Part shown: one piece after another, positions 10,171 to 20,620 of the stretch | Numbering within the stretch: position 1 is the stretch's first letter | Layout of the letters: every line of letters starts with the position of its first letter | Assembly (NCBI GenBank): GCA_963664875.1 | Contig: OY761611.1 | Coordinates: 2,976,001 to 3,040,000 of the forward strand | Direction: 5' to 3' | DNA length: 64,000 nt | Origin: Candidatus Kapaibacterium sp. | GTDB taxonomy: Bacteria > Bacteroidota > Ignavibacteria > Kapaibacteriales > UBA2268 | Translations under genes and position numbers: made by a program | The notes under the pieces: model-generated | What the model was told of the DNA's origin: nothing | Databases searched by the model: none | The model's input: only the letters and a program-made list of their open reading frames with translations

Positions 10171-10838
10171 AACTTACCAAATTTAAAAGCTATGGTATAA
10201 GACAAACCGCGAAGATCGGCATCTGCCGTATTCGAGAGATTAACACCGCTAACATAGCGGTATGATAAACCGGCAGAAATTCTAAAAAAGCTCACTATAT
10301 TCAGCTCTGCAGTAATGCCCGGCTCTAAAACAAAAAATGCAGAGTTTTCGTGTTGTAATGTTTCTTCCTCTTCGTAATTGGCAGTTTTTATCTTACTGTT
10401 ACTTACGTAATTAGCTCCACCTGCACCTATTAAAGTATTCACGGTAAAATGAAATAATTCATCAGAGTTATGAGTATATTCCATAAAAAAGCCACCGTAG
10501 CCTAACTGTAGAGTTGGTAGCTCCCAAGTTGCATTATCAAAAGCGATTTCGCTCTGGTAATGGTCAAGAGTATATTTAGAAACCATACCATAGCCGCCTC
10601 CGCCTATGGACAAAGTGCTGTTTATAATCCATCCGCCTCTTGCCCCTACAAAAACGGCAGAAGAAGTGTTGTCGTTTATCTTAATGTTGCTCATCCTTAC
10701 TTCAAAAGCACCATAACCTCCACTTTCGATTTCACCAATGTCTATAATTGCAGCAGCTTTCGCATTGTCCTGCAACTCCTGTGTATAAAGATTGAAACAG
10801 GGAAATAATATCAATAAAATAACAATAGCGTTTTTCAT
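10167..10838 (-). CDS. Outer-membrane beta-barrel protein (about 8 strands)
   Basis: Signal peptide, GARGGWIIN, GYGGFFMEY, EPGITAELN, SYRYVSG, C-terminal FKFGKF. Confidence 0.8.
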   Translation of the reverse strand: MKNAIVILLILFPCFNLYTQELQDNAKAAAIIDIGEIESGGYGAFEVRMSNIKINDNTSSAVFVGARGGWIINSTLSIGGGGYGMVSKYTLDHYQSEIAFDNATWELPTLQLGYGGFFMEYTHNSDELFHFTVNTLIGAGGANYVSNSKIKTANYEEEETLQHENSAFFVLEPGITAELNIVSFFRISAGLSYRYVSGVNLSNTADADLRGLSYTIAFKFGKF

Positions 10839-10852
10839 TTTTTAGCCCTCTT

Positions 10853-11479
10853 TTAGTAAAATCCAAAATGCAAGCCTATGCCGAAAAGTGGCGAAGAACA
10901 GTCGTCCTGTGTTATCAAAAAAACTTCTTCGTACTTGTACTCAAATTGCGAATAAATTTTATACCCAATCAAGAAAGAAGCATCTAACCATTCTCGGACT
11001 CTATAATATAAATTAAGTTGCGGGAAAAGAACTACTACTTTTTCTTTGCCTAAGTCCAAGTTAATAGGATTGCCGTTAGAGTCTTTGTAGTTTGTTTCGT
11101 ACCATAAAGAGTTCAAACCTGCCTGTAATCCTAAAGCCAGTCCCCATCTTAAATCAAAATTGTATTTATACAGTGCAGTTGCATAATATACATTGCTGTT
11201 GAGCACAGCTGACTCGTTTAGTTCACTAATCAACACATTAGCTGTTATGTCTTTATTTAGCATACCTTCATAGCCGATTCCAAAGATGAAGTTATCCGAA
11301 ATCATATAAGAAAATGACATGCCTGCCCCCGTAGCAGAGACGCCGACAAACTTGCCTACTAAGCTATTTGTTGTAGTGCTAAATCCGATAGTCAAACCTG
11401 AACGATTATCCTGCTCGGGCACATAATCCGCCAATATTGCAAGCGGAAACAATAGGAATAATATAACAAAAAGTTTCAT
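10853..11479 (-). CDS. Outer-membrane beta-barrel protein
   Basis: Signal peptide, alternating strands, C-terminal GLHFGFY; resembles neighbours. Confidence 0.72.
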   Translation of the reverse strand: MKLFVILFLLFPLAILADYVPEQDNRSGLTIGFSTTTNSLVGKFVGVSATGAGMSFSYMISDNFIFGIGYEGMLNKDITANVLISELNESAVLNSNVYYATALYKYNFDLRWGLALGLQAGLNSLWYETNYKDSNGNPINLDLGKEKVVVLFPQLNLYYRVREWLDASFLIGYKIYSQFEYKYEEVFLITQDDCSSPLFGIGLHFGFY

Positions 11480-11480
11480 C

Positions 11481-12131
11481 TTATAAATATGTTTTTATAC
11501 TTAATGCAATCACAGCACTTTCTAAATCACTATTGCTGACTGATCCGAAATCGAAGCCTGACATGAATCTATAAGCAGCCTGAACTTCCAGAAAAGTAGA
11601 GCCGCCTACAGCATAGCCCAATGCCACTTTAGGCATAATTGAAAAACCCCACTGTCCATTATAATCTGTTGAAATATCGATGCTGCTGTTAGTGCCATAG
11701 CTTATATAGCTCATGGCAAACTCTGCAGAAGGAGTTATATACAATAAGTCTGATAAATCGATATTATATCCTGTTTGCATTCCTATATGTGACATCCTCA
11801 GAAAAGGAGTGCCTACTTCACCTTCGAAATCATATTCTATATTTTTAGAAATTAGAGTATGCATTCCGAATCCCATGAAATAGTTACCGCCAAAAGTTGA
11901 GCCAAAATCGAACCCCATTTCCAGCCCGACTTTTTTATTTATCAAAGGAGCTCCAAGCCTATAGTCGGCATATAGTCTGCTCTCGTCTTTACTTTTTTGA
12001 TTTCTGTGGGAGTATTCCTCTTCTTCTAAACCTCCCGGCAGCATCTGGGAATTTAGGAATGTCGGAACTATAAGCATAATAGATAAAATCAAGTATTTCA
12101 TGATAGTAAAAGATTTAAAATTCTTAAACAT
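11481..12131 (-). CDS. Outer-membrane beta-barrel protein
   Basis: Signal peptide (likely start MKYLIL), AYRFMSG motif shared with 10167..10838, C-terminal strand IKTYL. Confidence 0.72.
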   Translation of the reverse strand: MFKNFKSFTIMKYLILSIMLIVPTFLNSQMLPGGLEEEEYSHRNQKSKDESRLYADYRLGAPLINKKVGLEMGFDFGSTFGGNYFMGFGMHTLISKNIEYDFEGEVGTPFLRMSHIGMQTGYNIDLSDLLYITPSAEFAMSYISYGTNSSIDISTDYNGQWGFSIMPKVALGYAVGGSTFLEVQAAYRFMSGFDFGSVSNSDLESAVIALSIKTYL

Positions 12132-12166
12132 ATTTTGATTATATACGTAGTTTACAAAGTAATATT

Positions 12167-12182
12167 AGGAAATATTGTGCCA
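12167..12182 (-). promoter_or_regulatory. sigma54-type box, variant -12
   Basis: Minus strand TGGCAC-AATAT-TTCCT directly upstream of the three-OMP operon. Confidence 0.45.
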
Positions 12183-12204
12183 GTAATCCAAATATAGAAA
12201 AACT

Positions 12205-14562
12205 ATGAGACTGTTTACTCTTCTTCTTGCGTTTTTTTTGCTATCCATCAGTTTGGAAGCTGCTCAGACTATTTACGGTAAAGTGCAAAGCAAAGACGAA
12301 AAAACTCCTTTGCCGGGTGCTTCTGTCAGGGTAGTTGATTCTCAAAAAGGTACCTATGCTAACTCGCGAGGTGTTTTCAAACTACAGATAGATGGCAAAG
12401 ACAAAGAGCTTCTAATTAAATCAATCGGTTATAAGTCCAAAAAAGTTTCAGTAAATTCTCTAACTGATACATTATTAATCCTTTTGGAAGCAGACAGAGT
12501 AGTTAGCGGCACAGCATTAGTCTATGGGGAAATTGAGCCCTATACTTTGATAGAACGAGCGATTGCAAGGAAGAAGAGCAATTCTGCAAAGATTAAAACG
12601 GTGGAAGGTAAATTGCAGACCAAAGTGTATGCAGATGCCGGTGAGTCTTTACTCCCGGGTGGTGGTGATAATTCCATAAGTGTTACTATGGAAATTGGTG
12701 GCGAAGACAAGAAAGAAGCACCAAAAAAAATTCTTATGGAGTCAATAGCGATAAACTACAAAGACTACGACAAAGATATTTATCATTCTCATATTATTTC
12801 GCGGCGTCAGACTAAAAATGTACCTGCTCAGGTGAATATGTTTGTAATGGGAGAATTTATCAATTTTTACGATGAAAGAATAGAGCTGATGGAGACTAAA
12901 GTTATCTCACCGTTGGCAGATGATGCACAGGATTATTATTCTTACAAAATCATAGAACGACAAATCTTAGACGGCAAATATATCTATATCGTTGAGGTAA
13001 TCCCAAATTCTACATTATACCCGACCTTCGATGGCAAAATAATGATTTCCGAAGGGGATTATGATTTTGTTGGGGCAGAGCTCACGACCAGTCCACACAC
13101 TGCAATATCGTTTGTAAAATCACTCAAATTTACAGAGAAATTTGAAAAATATGACAATAATCTTTGGTATCCTAACTTCCTCGAGATTAAGTCGGCATTA
13201 GGTGCAGATATTATCAAAGGCAGTTTCTCTATAGATTTAGAGCTGACAGTGACCAGCATTTATAGCGATCTCAAACTCAATGAAAAACTTCCTGACTCTT
13301 TATATACAGAGCAGGTAAAATGGGTTACAGTTTCCTCTCTTGCTGATAGCACTGATAAAGATTATTGGCAGAACAACTCACTTTTTGCTGATAGCAAAGA
13401 AGATGAAAAAATTTATGCTGAAGTAGATTCACTTGTCGTGAATGTTGATTCGTTGCAGCAAGAAGAAGATTTTTCTTTTGGGTTTACTCCTTATCTTGAT
13501 TTCAACAGAGCTTCTGATGTGATGTATGGTTTGACTCCGAATGTTGGATATCAAAATTGGTATTTAAGTTATAAAGGAGCTTACAGCACAGGGACAGATC
13601 AATATTACAGCTCCTTGTTTCTAAACGGTATATTCGACGTTTCTTCTGTTCAGTTTTCAGCAAACGTAGGCTATCACCAAGAAATTGCAGTTTTTTCTGA
13701 TGACAATACCTCTCCGCGAGAACTAAATACTCTGCAGGCAGGTTTGTTTGGAAAGGATTACTATGATTACTATCAGTCTGATGTGTTTCGTGCTTCGATT
13801 GGTATGCAGTATAAAGAGCTAAACTTAGGACTTAGTTTTGAACAATCTGATCAGCATGCTATCGGAGTGAATACATCGAAATATGCTTTTGGAGATATAA
13901 ATTGGAGAGCAAATCCAACTATAGACAATCAAAAATATCAAACCCTAAAATACAATCTTTTGTTCGGATCAAAAGGCTTTTTGGGGATTGGGGAAACTCC
14001 GTTTTATTTTTCTCTTTATGGCTTATTCGGAAACCAAATCTCTAATGACATCGGATTTTCAACAGTGCATGCCGAAGGTAAAATATCGATGCCTTTATAC
14101 GAAACTGGCTATGCACCTCTTGAACTTGTAGTTTATGCACAAGCAGCTATTGCCTCAGAGGATACCCCGGCTCAATATCAGTTCAGATTGCAAAACAATC
14201 TTGTATTCCAAAACAGTGCCTTAGGTTTTTATTCTGCTCCTTTAGCTGAAATAGGTGGCAATGAACTATACAGCTCAACTGTCAGGTTCAAACTCTCTGA
14301 CTATTTGTGGCGTGCAGTCGGACTGCCGGTCTATAAAGGTAGAGGGCTTGAACTCGAACTTGTAGGCTCTGCAGCATATTCTTATGATAACAGCAAAAGT
14401 TACTATAAAGGAACCGGAGAGCGAGGGTACTTGGAAGCAGGATTTCATATTGGAAGGATTCCATCATATTTTTCTGATTTTATTTTCTTTGGTTTTGATT
14501 ACCGAAAGCAGATTGATGGAGACAATTGCGGTTGGGGAATTAGTTTTTCTGCTCCTTTTTAG
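12205..14562 (+). CDS. CarboxypepD_reg-like plus DUF5686-type outer-membrane protein
   Basis: GKVQSKDEKTPLPGASV...IKSIGYK N-domain; ISPLADDAQDYYSY; WYP motif; C-terminal barrel ending FSAPF. Confidence 0.8.
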   Translation: MRLFTLLLAFFLLSISLEAAQTIYGKVQSKDEKTPLPGASVRVVDSQKGTYANSRGVFKLQIDGKDKELLIKSIGYKSKKVSVNSLTDTLLILLEADRVVSGTALVYGEIEPYTLIERAIARKKSNSAKIKTVEGKLQTKVYADAGESLLPGGGDNSISVTMEIGGEDKKEAPKKILMESIAINYKDYDKDIYHSHIISRRQTKNVPAQVNMFVMGEFINFYDERIELMETKVISPLADDAQDYYSYKIIERQILDGKYIYIVEVIPNSTLYPTFDGKIMISEGDYDFVGAELTTSPHTAISFVKSLKFTEKFEKYDNNLWYPNFLEIKSALGADIIKGSFSIDLELTVTSIYSDLKLNEKLPDSLYTEQVKWVTVSSLADSTDKDYWQNNSLFADSKEDEKIYAEVDSLVVNVDSLQQEEDFSFGFTPYLDFNRASDVMYGLTPNVGYQNWYLSYKGAYSTGTDQYYSSLFLNGIFDVSSVQFSANVGYHQEIAVFSDDNTSPRELNTLQAGLFGKDYYDYYQSDVFRASIGMQYKELNLGLSFEQSDQHAIGVNTSKYAFGDINWRANPTIDNQKYQTLKYNLLFGSKGFLGIGETPFYFSLYGLFGNQISNDIGFSTVHAEGKISMPLYETGYAPLELVVYAQAAIASEDTPAQYQFRLQNNLVFQNSALGFYSAPLAEIGGNELYSSTVRFKLSDYLWRAVGLPVYKGRGLELELVGSAAYSYDNSKSYYKGTGERGYLEAGFHIGRIPSYFSDFIFFGFDYRKQIDGDNCGWGISFSAPF

Positions 14563-14651
14563 CAGGAATACTGAGAATAATAAGATAAAAGAGCAGGAAA
14601 GAAATTTGAATTTGCTATATTGTTTTTTTATTACTTTTTTCGGAGAATTTT

Positions 14652-15062
14652 ATGTTCAAAAAAATACTGTTTGTTGTGCTTGGCATTGTCCTTGCGAGTG
14701 TTGTCGTTGCACTTATTGAGGGATTGTCTCATCAAATATATCCGGTGCCCGAAGGATTAGATACAACTGACATTGACGCTTTGAAAGCTTATATAGAATC
14801 AGGCATGGAAGTAGGTGCTATGCTGTTTGTAGTGCTTGCACATGCCTTAGGTTCATTTGCAGGTGGTATTTTTTCTGCAAAAATGTGCCAAAATAGTTTG
14901 GCATGTGGTGTCTCAGTTGGGGTAGTGATGATGCTGTTCGGGATTGTAAATATGTTTATTTTTCCTCATCCGCTTTGGATGCAGGTACTAGATATTGCTG
15001 TTTACATACCATCAGCATATATAGGAGCAAAACTAATTATTAACAATAATAAGGCTAAGTAA
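14652..15062 (+). CDS. Small integral membrane protein
   Basis: About 4 hydrophobic helices, FPHPLW motif. Confidence 0.75.
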   Translation: MFKKILFVVLGIVLASVVVALIEGLSHQIYPVPEGLDTTDIDALKAYIESGMEVGAMLFVVLAHALGSFAGGIFSAKMCQNSLACGVSVGVVMMLFGIVNMFIFPHPLWMQVLDIAVYIPSAYIGAKLIINNNKAK

Positions 15063-15500
15063 ATGTACAAAATTATCTCGATCTTTCTGTTCTTGCTTGC
15101 TTGCCTTGCTTATGCAGCAAGTGCTAACGATAAAGTAATGGGCAACTGGTACAGCGAAGACAAAGAAGCAAAAATCGAAATCTATAAAGAGGGCGATAAA
15201 TACTTTGGTAAAATTGTTTGGCTGAAAGAACCTAAAAATGCAGAAGGTAAAGACAAAACGGACAAGAATAATCCCGACGAAGCTAAGAGGAGTAAGAAAA
15301 TTGTAGGAATGAAAATGCTTTGGGATTTTGTTTATGATGAGGATAATGTCTGGGAAGATGGTAAAATTTATGATGCCAAATCAGGCAAGACATACTCTTG
15401 CAAAATGACTCTAAGCGAAGATGGGAATACATTAGAAGTCAGAGGATATGTTGGCTTTTCTATGTTTGGAAGAACTGCTGTGTGGACAAGAGCTAAATAG
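15063..15500 (+). CDS. DUF2147 family exported protein
   Basis: GKIVW, DKNNPD, GKIYDAKSGKTYSC, LEVRGYVGFSMFGRTAVWTR. Confidence 0.9.
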   Translation: MYKIISIFLFLLACLAYAASANDKVMGNWYSEDKEAKIEIYKEGDKYFGKIVWLKEPKNAEGKDKTDKNNPDEAKRSKKIVGMKMLWDFVYDEDNVWEDGKIYDAKSGKTYSCKMTLSEDGNTLEVRGYVGFSMFGRTAVWTRAK

Positions 15501-15508
15501 AGGTTGAA

Positions 15509-16261
15509 ATGGAAAATCTTGAATTGCTAATTGATTTACATATTGGACATCACCGTCAGGGGCCAGGAAGTGACGAAGATGCTTTAAAGGCATTAAATAT
15601 GACCGGTCTCGATGATAAAATGAAATTGAAAATTGCAGATATTGGCTGCGGAACAGGTGCAGGTACTTTGCTCCTTGCAGATAAATTGAATGCTGAAATA
15701 TATGCAGTCGATTTCTTAAAACCCTTTTTAGACGAGATGATGTTAAGAGCTAATAAAAGTGGTGTTGCCGAAAAAATAAAACCCTTGGCTAAATCCATGG
15801 ACGAACTCGATTTTGCAGTTGAAGAGCTTGACTTGCTTTGGTCTGAAGGAGCCATTTATAATATTGGCTTCGAAAATGGAATAAGGATTTGGAAGAAGTT
15901 CCTGAAGCCCGGTGGACACATTGTGTTGTCTGAAATCACATGGTTGACAAAAGACAGACCTCTAGAAATTACTGAGCATTGGTTGGGTGAGTACCCTGAA
16001 ATAGACTTAGCTTCCAATAAAATAAGAATCCTTGAGGATAATGATTTCGAATTACAGGGATATTTTACCTTACCTGAAAAAAGCTGGATAGATAACTATT
16101 ATAGACCTATTATAGACGAATTTGACAGTTTTCTGGAAAGGAATAATAATGTACCTGCAGCTATTGAGATAGTTGAATCAGAAAAACATGAAATAGAGCT
16201 CTATAACAAGTATAAAAAATATCTAAGTTATGGGTTTTATATTGCACGGAAAGTGAAATAG
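15509..16261 (+). CDS. Class I SAM-dependent methyltransferase
   Basis: RQGPGS, IADIGCGTG, WSEGAIYNIGF, LKPGG. Confidence 0.9.
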   Translation: MENLELLIDLHIGHHRQGPGSDEDALKALNMTGLDDKMKLKIADIGCGTGAGTLLLADKLNAEIYAVDFLKPFLDEMMLRANKSGVAEKIKPLAKSMDELDFAVEELDLLWSEGAIYNIGFENGIRIWKKFLKPGGHIVLSEITWLTKDRPLEITEHWLGEYPEIDLASNKIRILEDNDFELQGYFTLPEKSWIDNYYRPIIDEFDSFLERNNNVPAAIEIVESEKHEIELYNKYKKYLSYGFYIARKVK

Positions 16262-16295
16262 AGAGCATTAGCTTACACAGGTCATATTTAAACAG

Positions 16296-16345
16296 AAAAA
16301 GTGAACAATAATCCTGCTTTATTCGCAAATCATTGTTCACTTTTT
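16296..16345. terminator. Bidirectional intrinsic terminator
   Basis: AAAAAGTGAACAAT...ATTGTTCACTTTTT between convergent genes. Confidence 0.7.
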
Positions 16346-16380
16346 GTTGTAATGAAAATGTTATCAATTATTGCTTTTGC

Positions 16381-17664
16381 TTAGTCGAAATAATAGTTCA
16401 AACCAAGTGATACAGCAAAAATATCCATAGAGTGAGTGCCGGGCATAGCGATCCAATCTTCTTTCATATCTGCAGGTTTGATTTCTCTGTCTGCACCAAT
16501 TAGATATTCTAAGCCTAAATCAACACCAAAGTTGCCAAATTTGTAACCTGTACCGATAGTAAAAGCATTGAATGAAATGCTTGGGAACATGATTGTTAGA
16601 GTATGGTCCGGAGATGGAGCCGGATCGTAGTAATAGCCTGCACGCAAAGCAAGTTTTTCATTAGCCATGTACTCAGCACCAAATCTAATTTGAAGGCAAT
16701 CTTCCCATTTTAGTTCCATTGAGTCTAAGATACCGCCCCAATCGTTGTATGTTGTTTCCAAGTATTCAGCAGAAGTTGACCATTGACTCCACTGACCATC
16801 AAATGTAAGTGTTAGATTTTTCATCGGTTTGACAGCAATACCACCGGCTATCCACATAGGGGTAGTCAAATCTCTGTCAAAATTAGATACAGCAGGCAAT
16901 TTCATAGCTGCCATTAATGGATTTTCTGCATCGCCGGAAAGTGAAATTTTTGCAGGAGAACGGAAAGTCAAGCCCATGCTCAACTCTTCCATCGGTTTAT
17001 ACAGCACACCAACTGTAAAGCCAACACCTATACCGGAAGATGATTCTTCGTATTGTGTATCCATTGCACCATCTTCACCCGGGCCACCGGTTGCAAGATT
17101 GATTTTATCTAATGGACGGCGCATGTCGAGCATACCGTATTTGATATTAAGAGAAGCACCTGCGTAGAACTTGTCAGAAAATTTATAAGAAAGAGCAGGG
17201 GAGAAATTGATATTTCTCACATAGTTGTACCATTCGAATGCAGTAGCAGAAGGCCCGCTAAAAACTTTTAAATCTTCACCTTCCCATTCTACACCAAGCC
17301 CTGATGAAACGTAAGCACCGAAGCCGAGAGTCATCTTTCCGTCCATAATTGGCAGGTAGCCGGTAAGGTTGGGGCTGACATAGTGTTTGGTTTTAGCAGT
17401 AGCGTCGATTTTGTATGTGTCAAATTCGTATTTACTTTGGGGGATAACGTCCATGGCAAAAAAGCTAACCAATGGTTTGTCAAAATTGCTCATACCTGCT
17501 GGGTTCCAGTAAATTGTCATAGGGTCGTCTGCCAGACCTACCATTGCTCCACCCATACCGAGTGCCCTTGCTCCCGGGCTATTGAGAGAGATACCGTTTG
17601 AATAAGCATTTTGCAAAGAAATGCAGCAAATCAAAACGAATAGTAAGAAGTACTTGTTCATCAA
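16381..17664 (-). CDS. OmpP1/FadL family outer-membrane transporter
   Basis: GARALGMGGA, DDPMTIYWNPAGM, LRAGYYYDPAP, C-terminal LNYYFD. Confidence 0.9.
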   Translation of the reverse strand: MMNKYFLLFVLICCISLQNAYSNGISLNSPGARALGMGGAMVGLADDPMTIYWNPAGMSNFDKPLVSFFAMDVIPQSKYEFDTYKIDATAKTKHYVSPNLTGYLPIMDGKMTLGFGAYVSSGLGVEWEGEDLKVFSGPSATAFEWYNYVRNINFSPALSYKFSDKFYAGASLNIKYGMLDMRRPLDKINLATGGPGEDGAMDTQYEESSSGIGVGFTVGVLYKPMEELSMGLTFRSPAKISLSGDAENPLMAAMKLPAVSNFDRDLTTPMWIAGGIAVKPMKNLTLTFDGQWSQWSTSAEYLETTYNDWGGILDSMELKWEDCLQIRFGAEYMANEKLALRAGYYYDPAPSPDHTLTIMFPSISFNAFTIGTGYKFGNFGVDLGLEYLIGADREIKPADMKEDWIAMPGTHSMDIFAVSLGLNYYFD

Positions 17665-17864
17665 GTTTTTCCTTTAAAAATATACGAATAGCGAATAATA
17701 AGTTTTTATATTCATGAATCAAGGTTCAGTATTAAATTAGCTAAAAAAATTGGCATCTGCAATTAGAACATTGTTTAATAATAAAAAAGCATTCTCTATT
17801 CGACGGTAATAGCAGGATTTGCGTGTAAATCGATAAGTATATGTGAAATATGGAGATAAAAAAA

Positions 17865-17895
17865 AGCCCGAATATAATTTGCTTATATTCGGGCT
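17865..17895 (-). terminator. Intrinsic terminator
   Basis: AGCCCGAATATAA/TTATATTCGGGCT stem followed by a T-run on the minus strand. Confidence 0.75.
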
Positions 17896-17930
17896 CAAAC
17901 TTATGAGTTTAAAAGACAATTGTGAATAGC

Positions 17931-19106
17931 TTATTTAGCGTAAGGCACATTCACAGCTTTTTGGTAAGAAATTGTAACCTCAACGTAGCGGTTAGGTGCA
18001 GTACCTTTCAAAAATCCGCCTTTACCGTTTACTAATACTTTAGCATAGTTAAATTTGTCACCATTTGGAACTTTAACGAAGAACAAAATGTTTTTGCCTT
18101 GTAATGTAGCATCAGTAAGGTCAAACAATTCTTCAGTGTAAGTAACTTGACTGTCCATAGCCTGAGAGCCGTAAAGATCATCTAAGGTTACGTTTTCTAA
18201 TGCGATAACATTGCTTATGAGAGAAGCGATAGGAGTAGCGCCGCCCCAGTTGAATGAAATTTTAGAAGCAGAGCCAAATTTCACTTCATTGTTTTTAGCG
18301 TACAAACCTAAGTTCCAGTTGTCAGATTCTGCAACTGTAAGGATTTTTGGAGAAGCATCTGTATCGTTGTATAAGTCGATACCTGAACCAAAAGAAGACG
18401 CAGCTTCGTAAAGTTTAATAGTGTTAGTACCATCAAGGCTTTCAAATCTGTAAGCAGGTGCCCAAGAAACTTTCGCAGCAGGACCTGCATTGTTGTCAGC
18501 ACTTATTGTATGAACACTAAATTCGTAAACTGTACCTTCGTCAAGACCGGTAATTTTAGTTGCCATCTGTGGTTCAGTAGTCGCTGAAATTTCTTTTTCT
18601 TGGTCGCCATATTTTACTAAATATTTAGAAGCACCTTCTACTTTATCCCAAGCTAAAGCAACAGAAGATTCATTTTCAGATCTTGCCATTAGGTTAGTAG
18701 GAGCAGGAAGTACAGCACCAACATAAAACATGATTGGTTCAGAAGTATAAACAGTGCCGTCGATAGTTTTTTCAACTTTCAATTCACCTGATTTGGCACC
18801 CATAGGTACTATTACTTCAATTTTGGTATTTGTCCATGAAACGTAGTCGCTGCCTGAAGCTCCAACTTCGCCTTTTGCCTGAACTGTACCAAAATGTACT
18901 GATCCATTATCGTCTGCAGTACCAAAGTCAGTACCATTGATAGTAACGGTGTCGCCAACGTTAGCGTTGTTGGTAGATAGAGAAGTGATTACAGGCTTAT
19001 TAGTATCGCCCGGTGTAAGTGGATCATCTTCGTCATCGCAGGCTGTGAATGTAAGCCCTAAAAATGCAATTAGAGCGATATAGCTCCATAGTTTGAAGAT
19101 TTTCAT
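17931..19106 (-). CDS. Surface lipoprotein with IPT/TIG and FN3 domains and possible HmuY-like C-terminal domain
   Basis: Lipobox FTAC-DDEDD; PVITSLS...VTINGTDFG...SWTNTKIEVIVP (IPT); APTNL...VALAW...ITGLDEGTVYEFSV (FN3); AAAGGAGA SD before MKIFK. Confidence 0.8.
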   Translation of the reverse strand: MKIFKLWSYIALIAFLGLTFTACDDEDDPLTPGDTNKPVITSLSTNNANVGDTVTINGTDFGTADDNGSVHFGTVQAKGEVGASGSDYVSWTNTKIEVIVPMGAKSGELKVEKTIDGTVYTSEPIMFYVGAVLPAPTNLMARSENESSVALAWDKVEGASKYLVKYGDQEKEISATTEPQMATKITGLDEGTVYEFSVHTISADNNAGPAAKVSWAPAYRFESLDGTNTIKLYEAASSFGSGIDLYNDTDASPKILTVAESDNWNLGLYAKNNEVKFGSASKISFNWGGATPIASLISNVIALENVTLDDLYGSQAMDSQVTYTEELFDLTDATLQGKNILFFVKVPNGDKFNYAKVLVNGKGGFLKGTAPNRYVEVTISYQKAVNVPYAK

Positions 19107-19213
19107 AATATCTCCTTTGAAATTAGTTAAAACACAGTAAAACATTTTATAAACAAAATGAAATGATATACAAACTTATTACGAGTGATTTCGCAATTTG
19201 TTTTAAAATTTAA

Positions 19214-20473
19214 CTACATATCTGCACATAACCCTAACTCTCTTGCAAGCTCGCCGGTTAGAAATTTACGGTTATATTGCTCTACAAAGCTTTCAGAAGG
19301 GATTGGGAGTTTCCCTGCTTTCCATAAAGAATATAAGTTTTCCAAAGCATTTTCGATAGCTTTTACATCCTTAGGTCCTGTAGCAAAAGCTGCTTCTGAA
19401 TCCAAAGCTGTTTTTCTTATAATGCCGTCAGGAGAGCATGCTAACATAGTTTTGCGTGCACCAAAATACTCATAAAGCTTGCCGGGTGAGCGTATTGTGT
19501 CATTAAGCATGAACCACAGCACGTCCGATTCCTGAAGCTGTTTTACTGCTTCTTTGTGCGAGAGATAGCCCACAAGATTTACGTTTTCTTCTAATTTGTA
19601 TTTTTTGATAAGTTTTTCGTGAGGCTTTCTCATCAGACCAATAAATCGAGCTTCGAAATGAAATTTTGCTTCCGGGTGTTTTTTCAGGAATGCATCCATA
19701 GCCTTGAAGAAATACTTTGGAGTTCTGTCGTCCTGAAATAAACCGGAATGTGTAATTACGAACTTGGATTTATCAATGCTTAGTTCGCTTCTCGGAGCAA
19801 AATCTTCAGGATCAAAACCGTGACTTATGATTTTGATATCGTTGTGTGATAAAAATTTGTATCTTCTTAGTAGCAACTCTTTAGAATGTCGCGTGGTTAC
19901 AATGATTTTTTCAGCTCTTGTAAGTACACGTTTTTCGAGTTTGATACTATAATTTTTGTGAAAAGGAGTAGCGTAAAAGTGGAAAGGGTTATCCACCCAG
20001 CTATCTCTGTAGTCAATTATGTATGGCTTATGATACTTTACTGCAAGCTCATCAGCAACGAGGAAATCAGTAAATGGGGGTGCTGTAGAAAAAATTGCAT
20101 TTATGTTATGCTCTTCAAGGATTTGTTCACCGAGAGCAACAGCATGTTTTTTCCATTTGATACAGGAATCCGGTTGGTAGATAGTCTGAAGTGCAGCTCT
20201 GCCAATTTTTTGTAAAGTATATGAAGGGAATTTTTTTTGTTTAGCAGGCTTTGGATTTCCCGCTTCAGTTCTATATATAATTATCCCTTCATCGTTGCAC
20301 TCTTCCAACAAAGAATCGTCAAAAGCATAGTAATCAGCAGGCGAAGTTGTTAGTACAATCACCTTCCAGCCGTAATCCCTCAAGTACTTGACAAACTTTA
20401 ATGTCCTTTGCACACCACTAAGCCCAAGAGGCGGAAAGTAATATGCCACCACAAGTACCGTTCTTTCTATCAT
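19214..20473 (-). CDS. Glycosyltransferase family 4
   Basis: YYFPPLGLSGVQR, STAPPF, DYRDSW, PGKLYEY. Confidence 0.88.
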   Translation of the reverse strand: MIERTVLVVAYYFPPLGLSGVQRTLKFVKYLRDYGWKVIVLTTSPADYYAFDDSLLEECNDEGIIIYRTEAGNPKPAKQKKFPSYTLQKIGRAALQTIYQPDSCIKWKKHAVALGEQILEEHNINAIFSTAPPFTDFLVADELAVKYHKPYIIDYRDSWVDNPFHFYATPFHKNYSIKLEKRVLTRAEKIIVTTRHSKELLLRRYKFLSHNDIKIISHGFDPEDFAPRSELSIDKSKFVITHSGLFQDDRTPKYFFKAMDAFLKKHPEAKFHFEARFIGLMRKPHEKLIKKYKLEENVNLVGYLSHKEAVKQLQESDVLWFMLNDTIRSPGKLYEYFGARKTMLACSPDGIIRKTALDSEAAFATGPKDVKAIENALENLYSLWKAGKLPIPSESFVEQYNRKFLTGELARELGLCADM

Positions 20474-20620
20474 AAGTAAGTTTCTCCCCCCACAGGAATA
20501 ATATCAAAGCAACAAAAGACAAAACTTGCCTCAAGTTACATACATAAATATAATGATATTTTGGCAATGTAGATTAAGAAAATTGTCTTCTGAGATAGTA
20601 AAGGTTTCCACATTGCTGTT

